Shown piece after piece: positions 19,993-29,060 of a stretch of 64,000 nt of DNA. The notes below the pieces were generated by a model. That model did no database searches. It worked only from the letters and a program-made list of their open reading frames with translations, and was not told the origin of the DNA. The stretch is taken from NCBI GenBank assembly GCA_965206355.1, contig OZ242212.1:1118814-1182813 (forward strand), read 5' to 3'. Each line of letters opens with the position of its first letter. The first letter of the stretch is position 1. Position numbers and translations under genes: made by a program. The DNA comes from Candidatus Spongiihabitans sp. (GTDB taxonomy: Bacteria; Pseudomonadota; Gammaproteobacteria; Arenicellales; Poriferihabitantaceae).

Positions 19993-20988
19993 ATGTCAGA
20001 AACCCGCGGTTTTATTGATCTTCGAGTCGGTTCCGGTACGGGTGGTGTGGGTGACGATAGCGTATGGCCGTCTTTTACCGACATTATGACGGTGATCGTG
20101 ATGATTTTCCTGATGGCATTAGTGGTCATCATGGTGCGCAATTTTGAACTTGACCGCGAGTTAATCTCCACGACCACGGCAAAGGATGCAGTGGCGCTGG
20201 CAAATCAGGATTTAGTGCGGCGTTTAATACAGATCGAACATACGCTGGACGATTCAAAAACTGAAAAGGATGTTCTGGAGGCCAATTTAAGCGTGGCCTT
20301 GAAACGCCTTTCCGCATTGCTTTTGCAGCAGCAAGCATTAAAAACAGACCTTGAAGCGGTAACAAGTGAACAGCAACAATTAGCGCAAGCTAAGCAACTG
20401 CTTGAGCAACAACAACAAGCCGACCAGTTGCAAATCAGCACATTGACTAAAAATGAGCAGGCATTGAGTCGGCAAATCGAAAACTTGTTGCGACAATTAT
20501 CAACCTTGAAATTACAATTCAGCGAACAGATTGCCGGCCTGACCAGCGACAAGCAATTGCTGGATCGGGAAATATTAGCCCTGATGGCATTGATTGAGCA
20601 GCGCACGGCAGAGAACACGGCATTACAGGCACAGGCGACCACTTCGGGGCGGCAATTTAGGTCGTTACAAGAGGAGTACGAAGCACTGGATGCCAAATAT
20701 CGAAAGCTAATCAGACCAGCAAGGAGTACCGCGGGGAAGCAGGTTGTAACGGTCTGGATAGAAAAAGCCGCTGTCGGGTTGCAGTATAAAATGAAACAGC
20801 CGCATCAATCAGAACCACATATCGTTAATCCGCAACAACTGCATCGCACCTTACAAGCGTTAAAAGCGCAATTCGGTAATCTGCTGTATGTCAAAGTGGT
20901 GATTCCGAAAGAAAGTGGATTATTGTATGAAGAAGCCGCGAGTGCCACGCAGGACATTCTACAAAAATATGACTATTATTCGCAATAG
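19993..20988 (+). CDS. MotB/ExbD-like stator partner with a long Gln-rich coiled coil
   Basis: The ATG at 19993 is 13 nt after the upstream stop. The N-terminus VWPSFTDIMTVIVMIFLMALVVI resembles the MotB YADFMTAMMAFFLVMW segment, including the conserved Asp (D30 here). It is followed by about 200 aa of heptad-like Q/L/E-rich sequence. A C-terminal region of about 85 aa (VVTVWIEK...LYVKVVIPKESGLLYEEAASATQDI) resembles ExbD/TolR periplasmic domains. No OmpA-like peptidoglycan-binding motif was seen. Confidence 0.6.
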   Translation: MSETRGFIDLRVGSGTGGVGDDSVWPSFTDIMTVIVMIFLMALVVIMVRNFELDRELISTTTAKDAVALANQDLVRRLIQIEHTLDDSKTEKDVLEANLSVALKRLSALLLQQQALKTDLEAVTSEQQQLAQAKQLLEQQQQADQLQISTLTKNEQALSRQIENLLRQLSTLKLQFSEQIAGLTSDKQLLDREILALMALIEQRTAENTALQAQATTSGRQFRSLQEEYEALDAKYRKLIRPARSTAGKQVVTVWIEKAAVGLQYKMKQPHQSEPHIVNPQQLHRTLQALKAQFGNLLYVKVVIPKESGLLYEEAASATQDILQKYDYYSQ

Positions 20989-21096
20989 GGGTTCGAAATA
21001 GCCGCTTCTAGCCATCTGTTTGTTATGCTAAAGTGGAACGCAAACTCAACATGTTAATCGACAGTCTTGATGCCGTCTTAATGGGCATATTTTTTG

Positions 21097-22989
21097 ATGA
21101 AATATCCGGAAAACTTTGAGGTTATTGTCATAGGTGGCGGTCACGCTGGTGTGGAAGCGGCGCTTGCTTCGGCGCGCATGCAATGCCAGACATTGCTAGT
21201 AACTCATAACATTGAAACGGTCGGGCAAATGTCCTGTAACCCGGCTATCGGTGGAATCGGTAAAGGGCATATTGTCAAGGAAATTGATGCGCTCGGTGGC
21301 ATTATGGCACGCGCCATTGATGAAGCGGGCATCCATTTCAGAATACTGAATCGCCGTAAGGGTGCCGCGGTACAGGCGACTCGGGCGCAGGCAGATCGGG
21401 CATTATATAAAATAGCGATTCGTCGGGCAGTCGAGCATCAACAACATTTAACCCTGTTCCAACAGTCGGTTGATGATTTGATCATTGAAGGCGATCAAAT
21501 TAAAGGCTTACGCACCCAATCGGGTATCGAGTTCAGAGCCGCTGCGGTAATCCTGACGACCGGAACATTTCTAAATGGAAAAATCCATATCGGTATGGCG
21601 CAGACACAAGGCGGGCGGGCGGGCGACCCACCCTCGTTAGCGCTTGCCCATCGATTGCGAGAATTACCGCTTGCTGTTGGGCAACTGAAAACCGGCACGC
21701 CGCCACGTATAGATGGCAAAACCATCGACTATACATGTCTCGACAAACAACCCGGCGACGACCCGCTTCCAGCATTTTCATTCCTTGGAGCGGTGTCTCA
21801 ACACCCGCGTCAGGTTTGCTGTCATATCACACATACCAATAACCAAACCCATGACATCATAGCCAACGCCCTTGATCGTTCACCGCTCTATGGTGGTGTC
21901 ATCGACAGTGTTGGCCCGCGTTATTGTCCTTCAATTGAAGACAAAATAGTGCGCTTTGCCGACCAAAACAGCCATCAAATTTTTATCGAACCTGAGGGCT
22001 TGAATACCACTGAAGTTTATCCCAATGGCATTTCCACAAGCCTGCCATTTGATGTGCAACTGCAATTTGTGCGCTCTATCAGGGGGTTTGAAAATGCCAT
22101 GATAACCCGACCGGGTTACGCCATTGAATATGACTTTTTTGATCCGCGGGGATTAAAAAGCTCGTTGGAAACCAAATGTATAGACGGGTTATTTTTTGCC
22201 GGACAGATTAATGGCACCACAGGTTACGAAGAAGCGGCGGGTCAGGGGCTGATTGCCGGATTAAATGCAGCACTGAAAATCAAACAGGCAGTAGCCTGGT
22301 GTCCGGCGAGAAACGAAGCGTATATCGGCGTGATGATTGATGATCTGATTACCCGAGGCACGGCAGAACCTTACCGGATGTTTACATCCCGTGCCGAATA
22401 TCGTTTGCAGCTTCGAGAAGACAACGCCGATTTGCGCTTGACCGACAAAGGTTATACGCTGGGGCTGGTTGATGAGCAGCGCATGACCGCATTCAACAGC
22501 AAGCGCGATGATATTGATAAAGAAAGAAGCCGTCTGCAAACAACTTGGATTCGTCCCGGCGTGGATGCTGCAAGCGTTGAAAAAATACTGGGTCAGCCGT
22601 TACAGAGAGAGAGTAATTTAATGGATTTGTTACGGCGACCGCAAGTGAGTTACCAGAAACTGGTTGAGTTAATCGGGTTGAAGGCGCCGTTACAGAATCA
22701 ACAAAGTATTCGGCAACTTGAAATACAGGCAAGATATAGCGGTTATATTGAGCGACAGGTTGCCGAAATCAAACGCCAGAAAAACAGTGAAAATCTGACT
22801 ATTCCGAGCGACACTGACTATACCCAGGCGCGTGGATTGTCCAGTGAAGTGCAACAAAAATTGAGTACAATTCGCCCCCAAACCATCGGTCAAGCAGCCA
22901 GAATTCCGGGCGTAACACCGGCTGCCATATCGTTACTACTGGTGTATCTAAAGAAAACATCACCCTGTCAAACAACCAGAACGGTATAA
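21097..22989 (+). CDS. mnmG: tRNA uridine 5-carboxymethylaminomethyl modification enzyme
   Basis: [28 protein letters not shown]..., [12 protein letters not shown] and [16 protein letters not shown] are canonical GidA/MnmG motifs. Confidence 0.96.
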   Translation: MKYPENFEVIVIGGGHAGVEAALASARMQCQTLLVTHNIETVGQMSCNPAIGGIGKGHIVKEIDALGGIMARAIDEAGIHFRILNRRKGAAVQATRAQADRALYKIAIRRAVEHQQHLTLFQQSVDDLIIEGDQIKGLRTQSGIEFRAAAVILTTGTFLNGKIHIGMAQTQGGRAGDPPSLALAHRLRELPLAVGQLKTGTPPRIDGKTIDYTCLDKQPGDDPLPAFSFLGAVSQHPRQVCCHITHTNNQTHDIIANALDRSPLYGGVIDSVGPRYCPSIEDKIVRFADQNSHQIFIEPEGLNTTEVYPNGISTSLPFDVQLQFVRSIRGFENAMITRPGYAIEYDFFDPRGLKSSLETKCIDGLFFAGQINGTTGYEEAAGQGLIAGLNAALKIKQAVAWCPARNEAYIGVMIDDLITRGTAEPYRMFTSRAEYRLQLREDNADLRLTDKGYTLGLVDEQRMTAFNSKRDDIDKERSRLQTTWIRPGVDAASVEKILGQPLQRESNLMDLLRRPQVSYQKLVELIGLKAPLQNQQSIRQLEIQARYSGYIERQVAEIKRQKNSENLTIPSDTDYTQARGLSSEVQQKLSTIRPQTIGQAARIPGVTPAAISLLLVYLKKTSPCQTTRTV

Positions 22990-23020
22990 AGAAAACCTGG
23001 TCAGGCTACGTTACTTACCC

Positions 23021-23210
23021 GCCATCATCGGCATTGCTGCTACCAAAAACACGCTCGACTCATCCATTCCGACAGTAGCACTCGGCAGCGTACATCCAGC
23101 GAAATTTCCGCAAGCCATAAAACTGGCAACCGATGTTGATGTCGCGACCCGCAGGTTTGGGAGATTTAATGCAGCGACAAGAACAATTTGTTGAGGTTGA
23201 TAATGATATT
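23021..23210 (+). pseudogene. thrC: Threonine synthase 3'-terminal remnant (frameshifted, both ends missing)
   Basis: One frame reads ...PTVALGSVHPAKFPQAIKLATDVDV, matching the conserved ATAHPAKF region near the ThrC C-terminus. After a frameshift near 23145, a second frame continues RPAGLGDLMQRQEQFVEVDNDI up to the MITE boundary. No N-terminal 80-85% of the gene is present. Confidence 0.6.
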
Positions 23211-23343
23211 GAGACCTTTGCACGAAAGATGATTTCGCTTTCAGGCCAGGCAAAAACGCACGGAATGAGGGAGTTTATGCTTATAAATGACCGATTGAGT
23301 ACGTTTTTACCAACAGTAGGCGCTTTTAGGCGACGTAGCATGC
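23211..23343 (+). mobile_element. MITE copy, long form, truncated (right 29 bp missing)
   Basis: Consensus match from the left TIR to ...ggcgacgtagcatgc, then unrelated sequence. Its last 18 nt are the final 5 codons plus the stop of the Sel1-repeat CDS on the opposite strand. Confidence 0.9.
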
Positions 23344-24867
23344 TATTTCCTGGGCTTTGAGTATGTCAGCCGTGTTCATTTTTTTAGCAACTTTTTCCCT
23401 GCTTGATGGAGCAGATTCCTCTCCGTTTGCGGCTGCAAGGTTGAGCCATAAATGTGCGCGCAAATAATCCTGCGGGACACCCTCGCCGATGTCGTACATC
23501 AAGCCAAGATTGTACTGCGCAGTGGCATTTCCCTGTTCAGCCACCAACCGGTACCACTTGACGGCTTCGACATCATCCTGCGGGACGCCCTCGCCGTGGT
23601 CATACATCAAAGCAAGGTTGAACTGCGCATCGGCGAATCCCTGTTTGGCCGCCAACCGGTACCACTTGACGGCTTCGGCATAATCCTGCGCGACGCCCTC
23701 GCCAGCCTCGTACATCACACCAAGGATGAACTGCGCCGCGGCGAATCCCTGTTTAGCCGCCAACCGGAACCACTTGACGGCTTCGGCATCATCCTGCGGG
23801 ACGCCCTTGCCGCTGAGGTACATCACACCAAGGTTGAACTGCGCAGTGGCGTAACCCTGTTTGGCCGCCAACCGGTACCACTTGACGGCTTCGGCATCAT
23901 TCTGCGCGACGCCCTTGCCGTTGAGGTACATCACACCAAGGTTGTACTGCGCTTCGGCAAACCCCTGCTCGGCGGCCAGCCTGAACCACTTGAGGGCCTC
24001 GGCATCATCCTGCGGGACGCCCTCGCCGTTGAGGTACATCAAACCGAGGATGAACTGCGCCCTGGCGACTCCCTGTTTGGCCGCCAACCGATACCACTTG
24101 ACGGCTTCGGCATAATTCTGCGGGACGCCCTTGCCGTTGAGGTACATCACACCAAGGTTGTACTGCGCTTCGGCGATCCCCTGCGTAGCGGCCAGCTTGT
24201 ACCACTTGATGGCCTCGGCATCATCCTGCGCGACGCCTTTGCCAGCCTCGTACATCACACCAAGGTTGTACTGCGCATCGGCGTCTCCCTGTTTGGCCGC
24301 CGATCGGTAACACTTGACGGCTTCGGCGTAATCCTGCGGGACGCCTTTGCCAGCCTGGTACATCAAACCAAGGTTGAACTGCGCCTTGGCGTAACCCCGT
24401 TTGGCCGCCAATCGGAACCACTTGACGGCTTCGGCATAATTCTGCGGGACGCCCTTGCCAGCCTCGTACATCACACCAAGGTTGTACTGCGCATCGGCGA
24501 ATCCCTGTTTGGCCGCCAATCGGAACCACTTGACGGCTTCGGCATAATTCTGCGCGACGCCCTTGCCGTTGAGGTACATCACACCAAGGTTATGCTGTGC
24601 CCTGGCGACTCCCTGTTTGGCCGCCAACCGGTACCACTTGACGGCTTCGGCATCATTCTGCGGGACGCCCTCGCCGTTGGAGTACATCAAACCAAGGTTG
24701 AACTGCGCTTTGGCGTCTCCTTGTTCAGCAAGTGGTCGCCAATGTTTTAGGGCGGTTTCATAATCTCCGACCCGGGACGCTTCCCACCCTGCCTCCAAAT
24801 CCTGAGCCAACATTGCAGATGGGAGCAGGATCAGGATGATCGCCGTTACTTGGATCATTTTACGCAT
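23326..24867 (-). CDS. Secreted Sel1-repeat (SLR/TPR-like) protein, 12 tandem repeats
   Basis: 513 aa with signal peptide MRKMIQVTAIILILLPSAMLA. It has twelve 36-aa units of the form AEAVKWYRLAAKQGxAxAQxNLGVMYxxGxGVPQD. The C-terminal ACYVA-stop is read from MITE sequence. Confidence 0.9.
   Translation of the reverse strand: MRKMIQVTAIILILLPSAMLAQDLEAGWEASRVGDYETALKHWRPLAEQGDAKAQFNLGLMYSNGEGVPQNDAEAVKWYRLAAKQGVARAQHNLGVMYLNGKGVAQNYAEAVKWFRLAAKQGFADAQYNLGVMYEAGKGVPQNYAEAVKWFRLAAKRGYAKAQFNLGLMYQAGKGVPQDYAEAVKCYRSAAKQGDADAQYNLGVMYEAGKGVAQDDAEAIKWYKLAATQGIAEAQYNLGVMYLNGKGVPQNYAEAVKWYRLAAKQGVARAQFILGLMYLNGEGVPQDDAEALKWFRLAAEQGFAEAQYNLGVMYLNGKGVAQNDAEAVKWYRLAAKQGYATAQFNLGVMYLSGKGVPQDDAEAVKWFRLAAKQGFAAAQFILGVMYEAGEGVAQDYAEAVKWYRLAAKQGFADAQFNLALMYDHGEGVPQDDVEAVKWYRLVAEQGNATAQYNLGLMYDIGEGVPQDYLRAHLWLNLAAANGEESAPSSREKVAKKMNTADILKAQEIACYVA
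23450..24745 (-). repeat. About 12 tandem 108-bp DNA repeats (Sel1 units), coordinates approximate
   Basis: Blocks such as ccgccaaccggtaccacttgacggcttcggcat recur with 108-bp periodicity, and many units are near-identical at the DNA level. Confidence 0.85.
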
Positions 24868-25125
24868 ATCTGAATCTCCTCTTGGATATTGCCCGGCAAA
24901 GCGGGTTTTGACGGCGCCAGCCTGACAGGATTTTATCGTGTTGGCATTCTACCACGTTCCGTGAACCAGGCACTCGGCCAGCACGTTTGGCGAACGCAGG
25001 TGGCATGGATGAATAAGTATATAATTTTCAAAAAAACAACAAGTAACAAGATTGATTTGACCCGTGTCGGATTGTCCGCTGCTGCCGACTCATTGTTACG
25101 CCTGCGAAGCATCAGCAAATGAAGT

Positions 25126-25287
25126 GAGACCTTTGCACGAAAGCTATTTCACCTGCATGCTGCGTCGCCTAAAAGTGCCTACTGTTGGTAAAATTGGTCT
25201 CAATCGGTCATTTATAAGCATAAACTCCCTCATTCCATGCGTTTTTGCCTGGCCTGAAAGCGAAATCATCTTCCATGCAAATATCTT
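25126..25287 (-). mobile_element. MITE copy, long form (162 bp), reverse orientation, decaying
   Basis: Left end is perfect. Right end is degenerate (ttccatgcaaatatctt versus ttccgtgcaaaggtctc). No recognisable TSD. Confidence 0.85.
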
Positions 25288-25386
25288 TAATCATAATTAT
25301 TTGGTGGAAGATGCGGGGAAAAAATTTGTGGCCGGGATTTAGGTATAATGCGCTTCTTTAATCCTAATCAATAATACATATTTATA

Positions 25387-26595
25387 ATGCCTGAAATAAA
25401 TAAAACGGTACTGGCCTATTCGGGTGGGCTGGATACTTCAATTATTATGCAATGGTTGCAGGATGAATATCACTGCGAGGTGGTAACATTTACAGCGGAT
25501 ATTGGTCAGGGGGAAGACCTTGAGCCTGCTCGGATAAAAGCGGCGAAATCGGGTATTCAGGAAATTTTTGTCGAGGACTTGAAAGAGGAATTTGCACGGG
25601 ATTATGTGTTTCCAATGATGCGAGCAAATGCGCTTTATGAAGGCGAGTATATGTTGGGAACCGCTATCGCTCGTCCTTTGATTGCAAAGTATCTGGTTGA
25701 TATAGCATATAAAACTGCTGCCGATGCGATTTCTCACGGAGCAACCGGGAAGGGTAATGATCAGGTGCGTTTTGAATTATCAGCTTACGCATTAAATGCC
25801 GATATTCGTATTATTGCACCGTGGCGGGAATGGGACCTGACTTCCCGCGAAAAGTTGATGGCGTATGCACAAACGCATGGTATTGAGGTTGAAAAGAAAA
25901 GAGATGGCGGTTCACCTTACTCCATTGATGCTAATTTGCTACATATTTCGCATGAAGGCGGGGAGTTGGAAGACCCTTGGCAGACGCCAGATGATGAGGC
26001 GTGGAGCTGGACAAATTCGCCTATGGATGCGCCGGATGAGGCGGAGGAATTGCTGCTTGAATTTAGCCGTGGCGACATCATTGCCGTTAATGGTGAGGCG
26101 TTGACACCAGCGGGTGTTTTGAGCGCGCTTAATGACTTGGGGGCGAAGCATGGTATCGGGCGTGCCGATATTGTCGAGAATCGCTATGTAGGCATGAAAA
26201 ACCGGGGGTGTTACGAAACCCCCGGCGGCACGATCATCTTGAAAACACATCGTGCTATGGAGTCGCTTACTGTGGATAGAGAGGTGGCACACTTGAAAGA
26301 TGAGCTTATGCCGCGATATGCGAAATTAATTTACAATGGTTATTGGTTCAGCCCGGAGCGCGTGATGATGCAGAAGATGATTGATGCGTCTCAGCAGCCT
26401 GTCAACGGTGAGGTTAAGGCGCGTTTGTACAAGGGTAATGTGGATATTCTGGGTCGTCAATCGCTGTCGGATTCATTGTTTGATCAAGATATTGTCACGT
26501 TTGAGGACGATGCGGGTGCATATGATCAAGCGGATGCCACCGGCTTTATTCGGCTGAATGCGTTACGTCTTCGTATTGCTAACCGCAAGCGATAA
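25387..26595 (+). CDS. argG: Argininosuccinate synthase
   Basis: 402 aa. The [12 protein letters not shown]-binding motif and [13 protein letters not shown] are both present. Confidence 0.96.
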   Translation: MPEINKTVLAYSGGLDTSIIMQWLQDEYHCEVVTFTADIGQGEDLEPARIKAAKSGIQEIFVEDLKEEFARDYVFPMMRANALYEGEYMLGTAIARPLIAKYLVDIAYKTAADAISHGATGKGNDQVRFELSAYALNADIRIIAPWREWDLTSREKLMAYAQTHGIEVEKKRDGGSPYSIDANLLHISHEGGELEDPWQTPDDEAWSWTNSPMDAPDEAEELLLEFSRGDIIAVNGEALTPAGVLSALNDLGAKHGIGRADIVENRYVGMKNRGCYETPGGTIILKTHRAMESLTVDREVAHLKDELMPRYAKLIYNGYWFSPERVMMQKMIDASQQPVNGEVKARLYKGNVDILGRQSLSDSLFDQDIVTFEDDAGAYDQADATGFIRLNALRLRIANRKR

Positions 26596-26647
26596 TATCG
26601 GCTTTCAGGAGTTTACGCTGTTGTACGTGGTATTTTGTTAGCATATT

Positions 26648-27373
26648 ATGAGCGCCAGGTTACTCATTTCAATCATTGTTCCGATTTATAACGAGACTAA
26701 TCATGTTGCACAGTTGCTTGAACATCTGTGCGGGTTAGCGGGGGTTGATGAGGTGATTCTGGTGGATGCCAGCGATCACCCGCAGTCCAGGGCGACAGTG
26801 TCCGGGCATTTGCAGGCGCTGCCGAAAACGCATATCGCTTCTAGGATTGATTTGGTTATCAGCAACCAATCAGGTCGTGCCTTGCAGATGAATCTGGGGG
26901 CAAAGTCTGCCACTGGGGATATTCTGGTTTTTCTGCATTGCGATACTCGCTTGCCCGATGAGGCGATGCGGTTGATTCGGCAGGTTGTTGAAAACGGCTA
27001 TGCGTGGGGGCGATTTGATATATCACTGGCGTGCAAAGGGTGGGTTTATCGGTTAATAGAACGAATGGTCAACCTGCGCTCGCGGCTACGCCGAATTGGC
27101 ACAGGTGATCAGGCGATGTTTGTTACTGCCGATGTGTTCAAGCAATGTGAAGGTTATCCGGAGATTGCGTTAATGGAAGATATTGCTATGTGTAAAAAGC
27201 TGAATCGACATGGGCGACCCGGGCTGATAAAAAAAGCGGTGGTTACTTCTGCCCGCCGCTGGCAAAATCAGGGTGTTTTAGAGACTATTTTTTTGATGTG
27301 GAAGTTGCGCTTGTTATTCTGGCTTGGTGTTGATTCGACACACCTTGCCAGCCTGTATCGTGATGAACGCTGA
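26648..27373 (+). CDS. Family-2 glycosyltransferase (TIGR04283-like, the family usually paired with DUF2064)
   Basis: 241 aa. IIVPIYNE...VILVDASD...FLHCDTRLP is a GT2 DxD-type core. It is translationally coupled to the next gene. The family assignment is from memory of the signature and the pairing, not from a search. Confidence 0.7.
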   Translation: MSARLLISIIVPIYNETNHVAQLLEHLCGLAGVDEVILVDASDHPQSRATVSGHLQALPKTHIASRIDLVISNQSGRALQMNLGAKSATGDILVFLHCDTRLPDEAMRLIRQVVENGYAWGRFDISLACKGWVYRLIERMVNLRSRLRRIGTGDQAMFVTADVFKQCEGYPEIALMEDIAMCKKLNRHGRPGLIKKAVVTSARRWQNQGVLETIFLMWKLRLLFWLGVDSTHLASLYRDER

Positions 27374-28013
27374 TGCCGGCATTCCATTGTATCTGTTTGC
27401 CAAGGCGCCGGTGCCGGGGCAGGTGAAAACACGTATGCAACCACAATTAACCGCAGTTCAGTCGGCACGGTTGGCAACTCAGATGCTCAGGCAATCGGTG
27501 GAAAAAGTGTGCCAATTCTGGCGCGGGAAATTGATTCTAACCGTTTCACCCACTAGCGATTATCCGCTATTTCAAGATCTTGCACGCAACAATAATCTGG
27601 ATTTAGAGATTCAGATGGCTGGTGATTTGGGCGAGAAGATGTTGTATGTGCTTCGCAAAGGTATTGCGCAATTTGGCAGTGCGGTGGTGATGGGCAGTGA
27701 TGTTCCGCATATAACCGATGAGATATTGATTGAGGTGCATCGTTTAGTCACACAAAAAAATAATGTCATCGGCCCGACGCGCGATGGTGGATTTTATTTG
27801 TTAGGACTTAACAAGATGGCGAACGCTATGTTTGAGGGTGTTGACTGGGGTAGTGAACGGGTCATGACGCGGCTATGCCAAAATTTTCAGGGTCTGGGTA
27901 TCGGCTTATCACTTTGTAGCGAATTACGGGATATTGATAACTGGGATGATTTATGTTGGCTTGGGTCGCAGGATTCAAGCTATCAGGAGTTTGTCAGCGG
28001 ATATGCTTGCTGA
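27363..28013 (+). CDS. DUF2064 / TIGR04282-like nucleotidyl-transferase-fold protein
   Basis: ATG at 27363 overlaps the upstream stop by 11 nt. MNADAGIPLYLFAKAPVPGQVKTRM...GSDVPHIT...DGGFYLLGL are hallmark DUF2064 segments. Confidence 0.7.
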   Translation: MNADAGIPLYLFAKAPVPGQVKTRMQPQLTAVQSARLATQMLRQSVEKVCQFWRGKLILTVSPTSDYPLFQDLARNNNLDLEIQMAGDLGEKMLYVLRKGIAQFGSAVVMGSDVPHITDEILIEVHRLVTQKNNVIGPTRDGGFYLLGLNKMANAMFEGVDWGSERVMTRLCQNFQGLGIGLSLCSELRDIDNWDDLCWLGSQDSSYQEFVSGYAC

Positions 28014-28096
28014 TCATGCTGTTTTGAGTCTATATCATTGCGCAAATCGAGACATGTTGAGTCCTGTTCATATCATCCATATCGCTCGTGCCGTTC

Positions 28097-29047
28097 ATGT
28101 CCACTAAATCGGTTCATGCTGACATTGCGGCACTCCGATTTCAGGCGTTGTTTCTGAAACCGGCATACTGGGGTATATGGTTGATGCTACTGTTTTTATG
28201 GCTCATTATGTGGTTGCCGAGAAAGTGGATTATGGCCATCGGTGCATTTGTTGGCGATCAAATGCGTCTGCGTCACGCCAAGCGTCGCCGCATTGCTGAA
28301 ATAAATATTCGCTTGTGTTTCCCCAATCTCTCTGAGGTTCAGCAGCAACAACGGCTTAAAGCGCATTTCCGTTGTTACGGCAGAAGTTTGGTAGATATGG
28401 GTTTGGTGATGATGGGATCGCGTCGCAGAATTGAAAAATATTCGGATATCAGTGGTGTTGAAGCGTTGCAGGCATTGTTGAAAACCCGCAAGATAATTTT
28501 TGTGACCTATCACACGACTACTTTGGACATGCTCGGACTGTCAGCGTTGTCCGAAATCGAGGCGGTGACAATGATGAAACGTGACAATAATCCGTTGCTT
28601 AACTGGTTCCTGCATCGTGCGCGAATACGCTACAAAAAAGCACTTATTTTGATGCGTGATGAGGGCTTGCGTGGCATTATAGCGGCTATGAAGCAGGGCA
28701 GGTTATGCTATTTGATTCCGGACGAAGATTTTGGCGATGGAAAACATAGTGTCTTTGCCCCATTTTTTGGACAACCACGCTCGACTTTGAATACCGTGAG
28801 TCGATTAGCCAAAATTACCGATGCCGCGGTCATTCTGAGTATCTGCAGGTTGATACCAGAGACCGGTAGATACCAGATCATAGTGTGTCCGCCACTGGAA
28901 AATTTCCCCTCTGGTGATTATGTTGCCGATGCGACAGCGATACATCAGGCTATGGAGCAACTCATCCTGAATGCGCCGGAGCAATATATGTGGACTTTTC
29001 GCTGGTTTCGAACTCAGCAAGGTGGGAAACCAAGTCCGTACTTGTAG
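28097..29047 (+). CDS. Lipid A biosynthesis lauroyl/palmitoleoyl acyltransferase family protein (LpxL/HtrB-like)
   Basis: N-terminal FLKPAYWGIWLMLLFLWLIMWLP membrane anchor. HTTTLD is in the position of the HX4D acyltransferase motif, followed by YLIPDEDFG and a C-terminal EQYMWTFRWF. The start could also be the GTG at 28088. Confidence 0.75.
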   Translation: MSTKSVHADIAALRFQALFLKPAYWGIWLMLLFLWLIMWLPRKWIMAIGAFVGDQMRLRHAKRRRIAEINIRLCFPNLSEVQQQQRLKAHFRCYGRSLVDMGLVMMGSRRRIEKYSDISGVEALQALLKTRKIIFVTYHTTTLDMLGLSALSEIEAVTMMKRDNNPLLNWFLHRARIRYKKALILMRDEGLRGIIAAMKQGRLCYLIPDEDFGDGKHSVFAPFFGQPRSTLNTVSRLAKITDAAVILSICRLIPETGRYQIIVCPPLENFPSGDYVADATAIHQAMEQLILNAPEQYMWTFRWFRTQQGGKPSPYL

Positions 29048-29060
29048 CTTCACGCCATGT

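Noticed and set aside
20205-20696. 163-aa Cys-rich minus-strand ORF inside the MotB-like gene
   Set aside because: The complement of the CAG/CAA/CTG-rich coiled-coil coding sequence yields an open, Cys/Ser/Leu-rich frame by composition alone.
18948-20988. Calling the MotA/MotB-like pair a Zorya (ZorAB) anti-phage system
   Set aside because: ZorA carries the long coiled-coil tail and is about twice this size. ZorB has a peptidoglycan-binding domain. Zorya operons include ZorC/ZorD or ZorE. None of these features is present. Here the coiled coil is on the B subunit and the neighbours are housekeeping genes.
23452-24750. 432-aa ORF on the plus strand, antisense to the Sel1-repeat gene (plus several shorter ORFs in the same region)
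   Set aside because: It is a mirror artefact of the 108-bp tandem repeats. The translation is a monotonous PLDGFGIILRDALA... repeat with no signal peptide or start context. The minus-strand product is a textbook Sel1 protein with a signal peptide.
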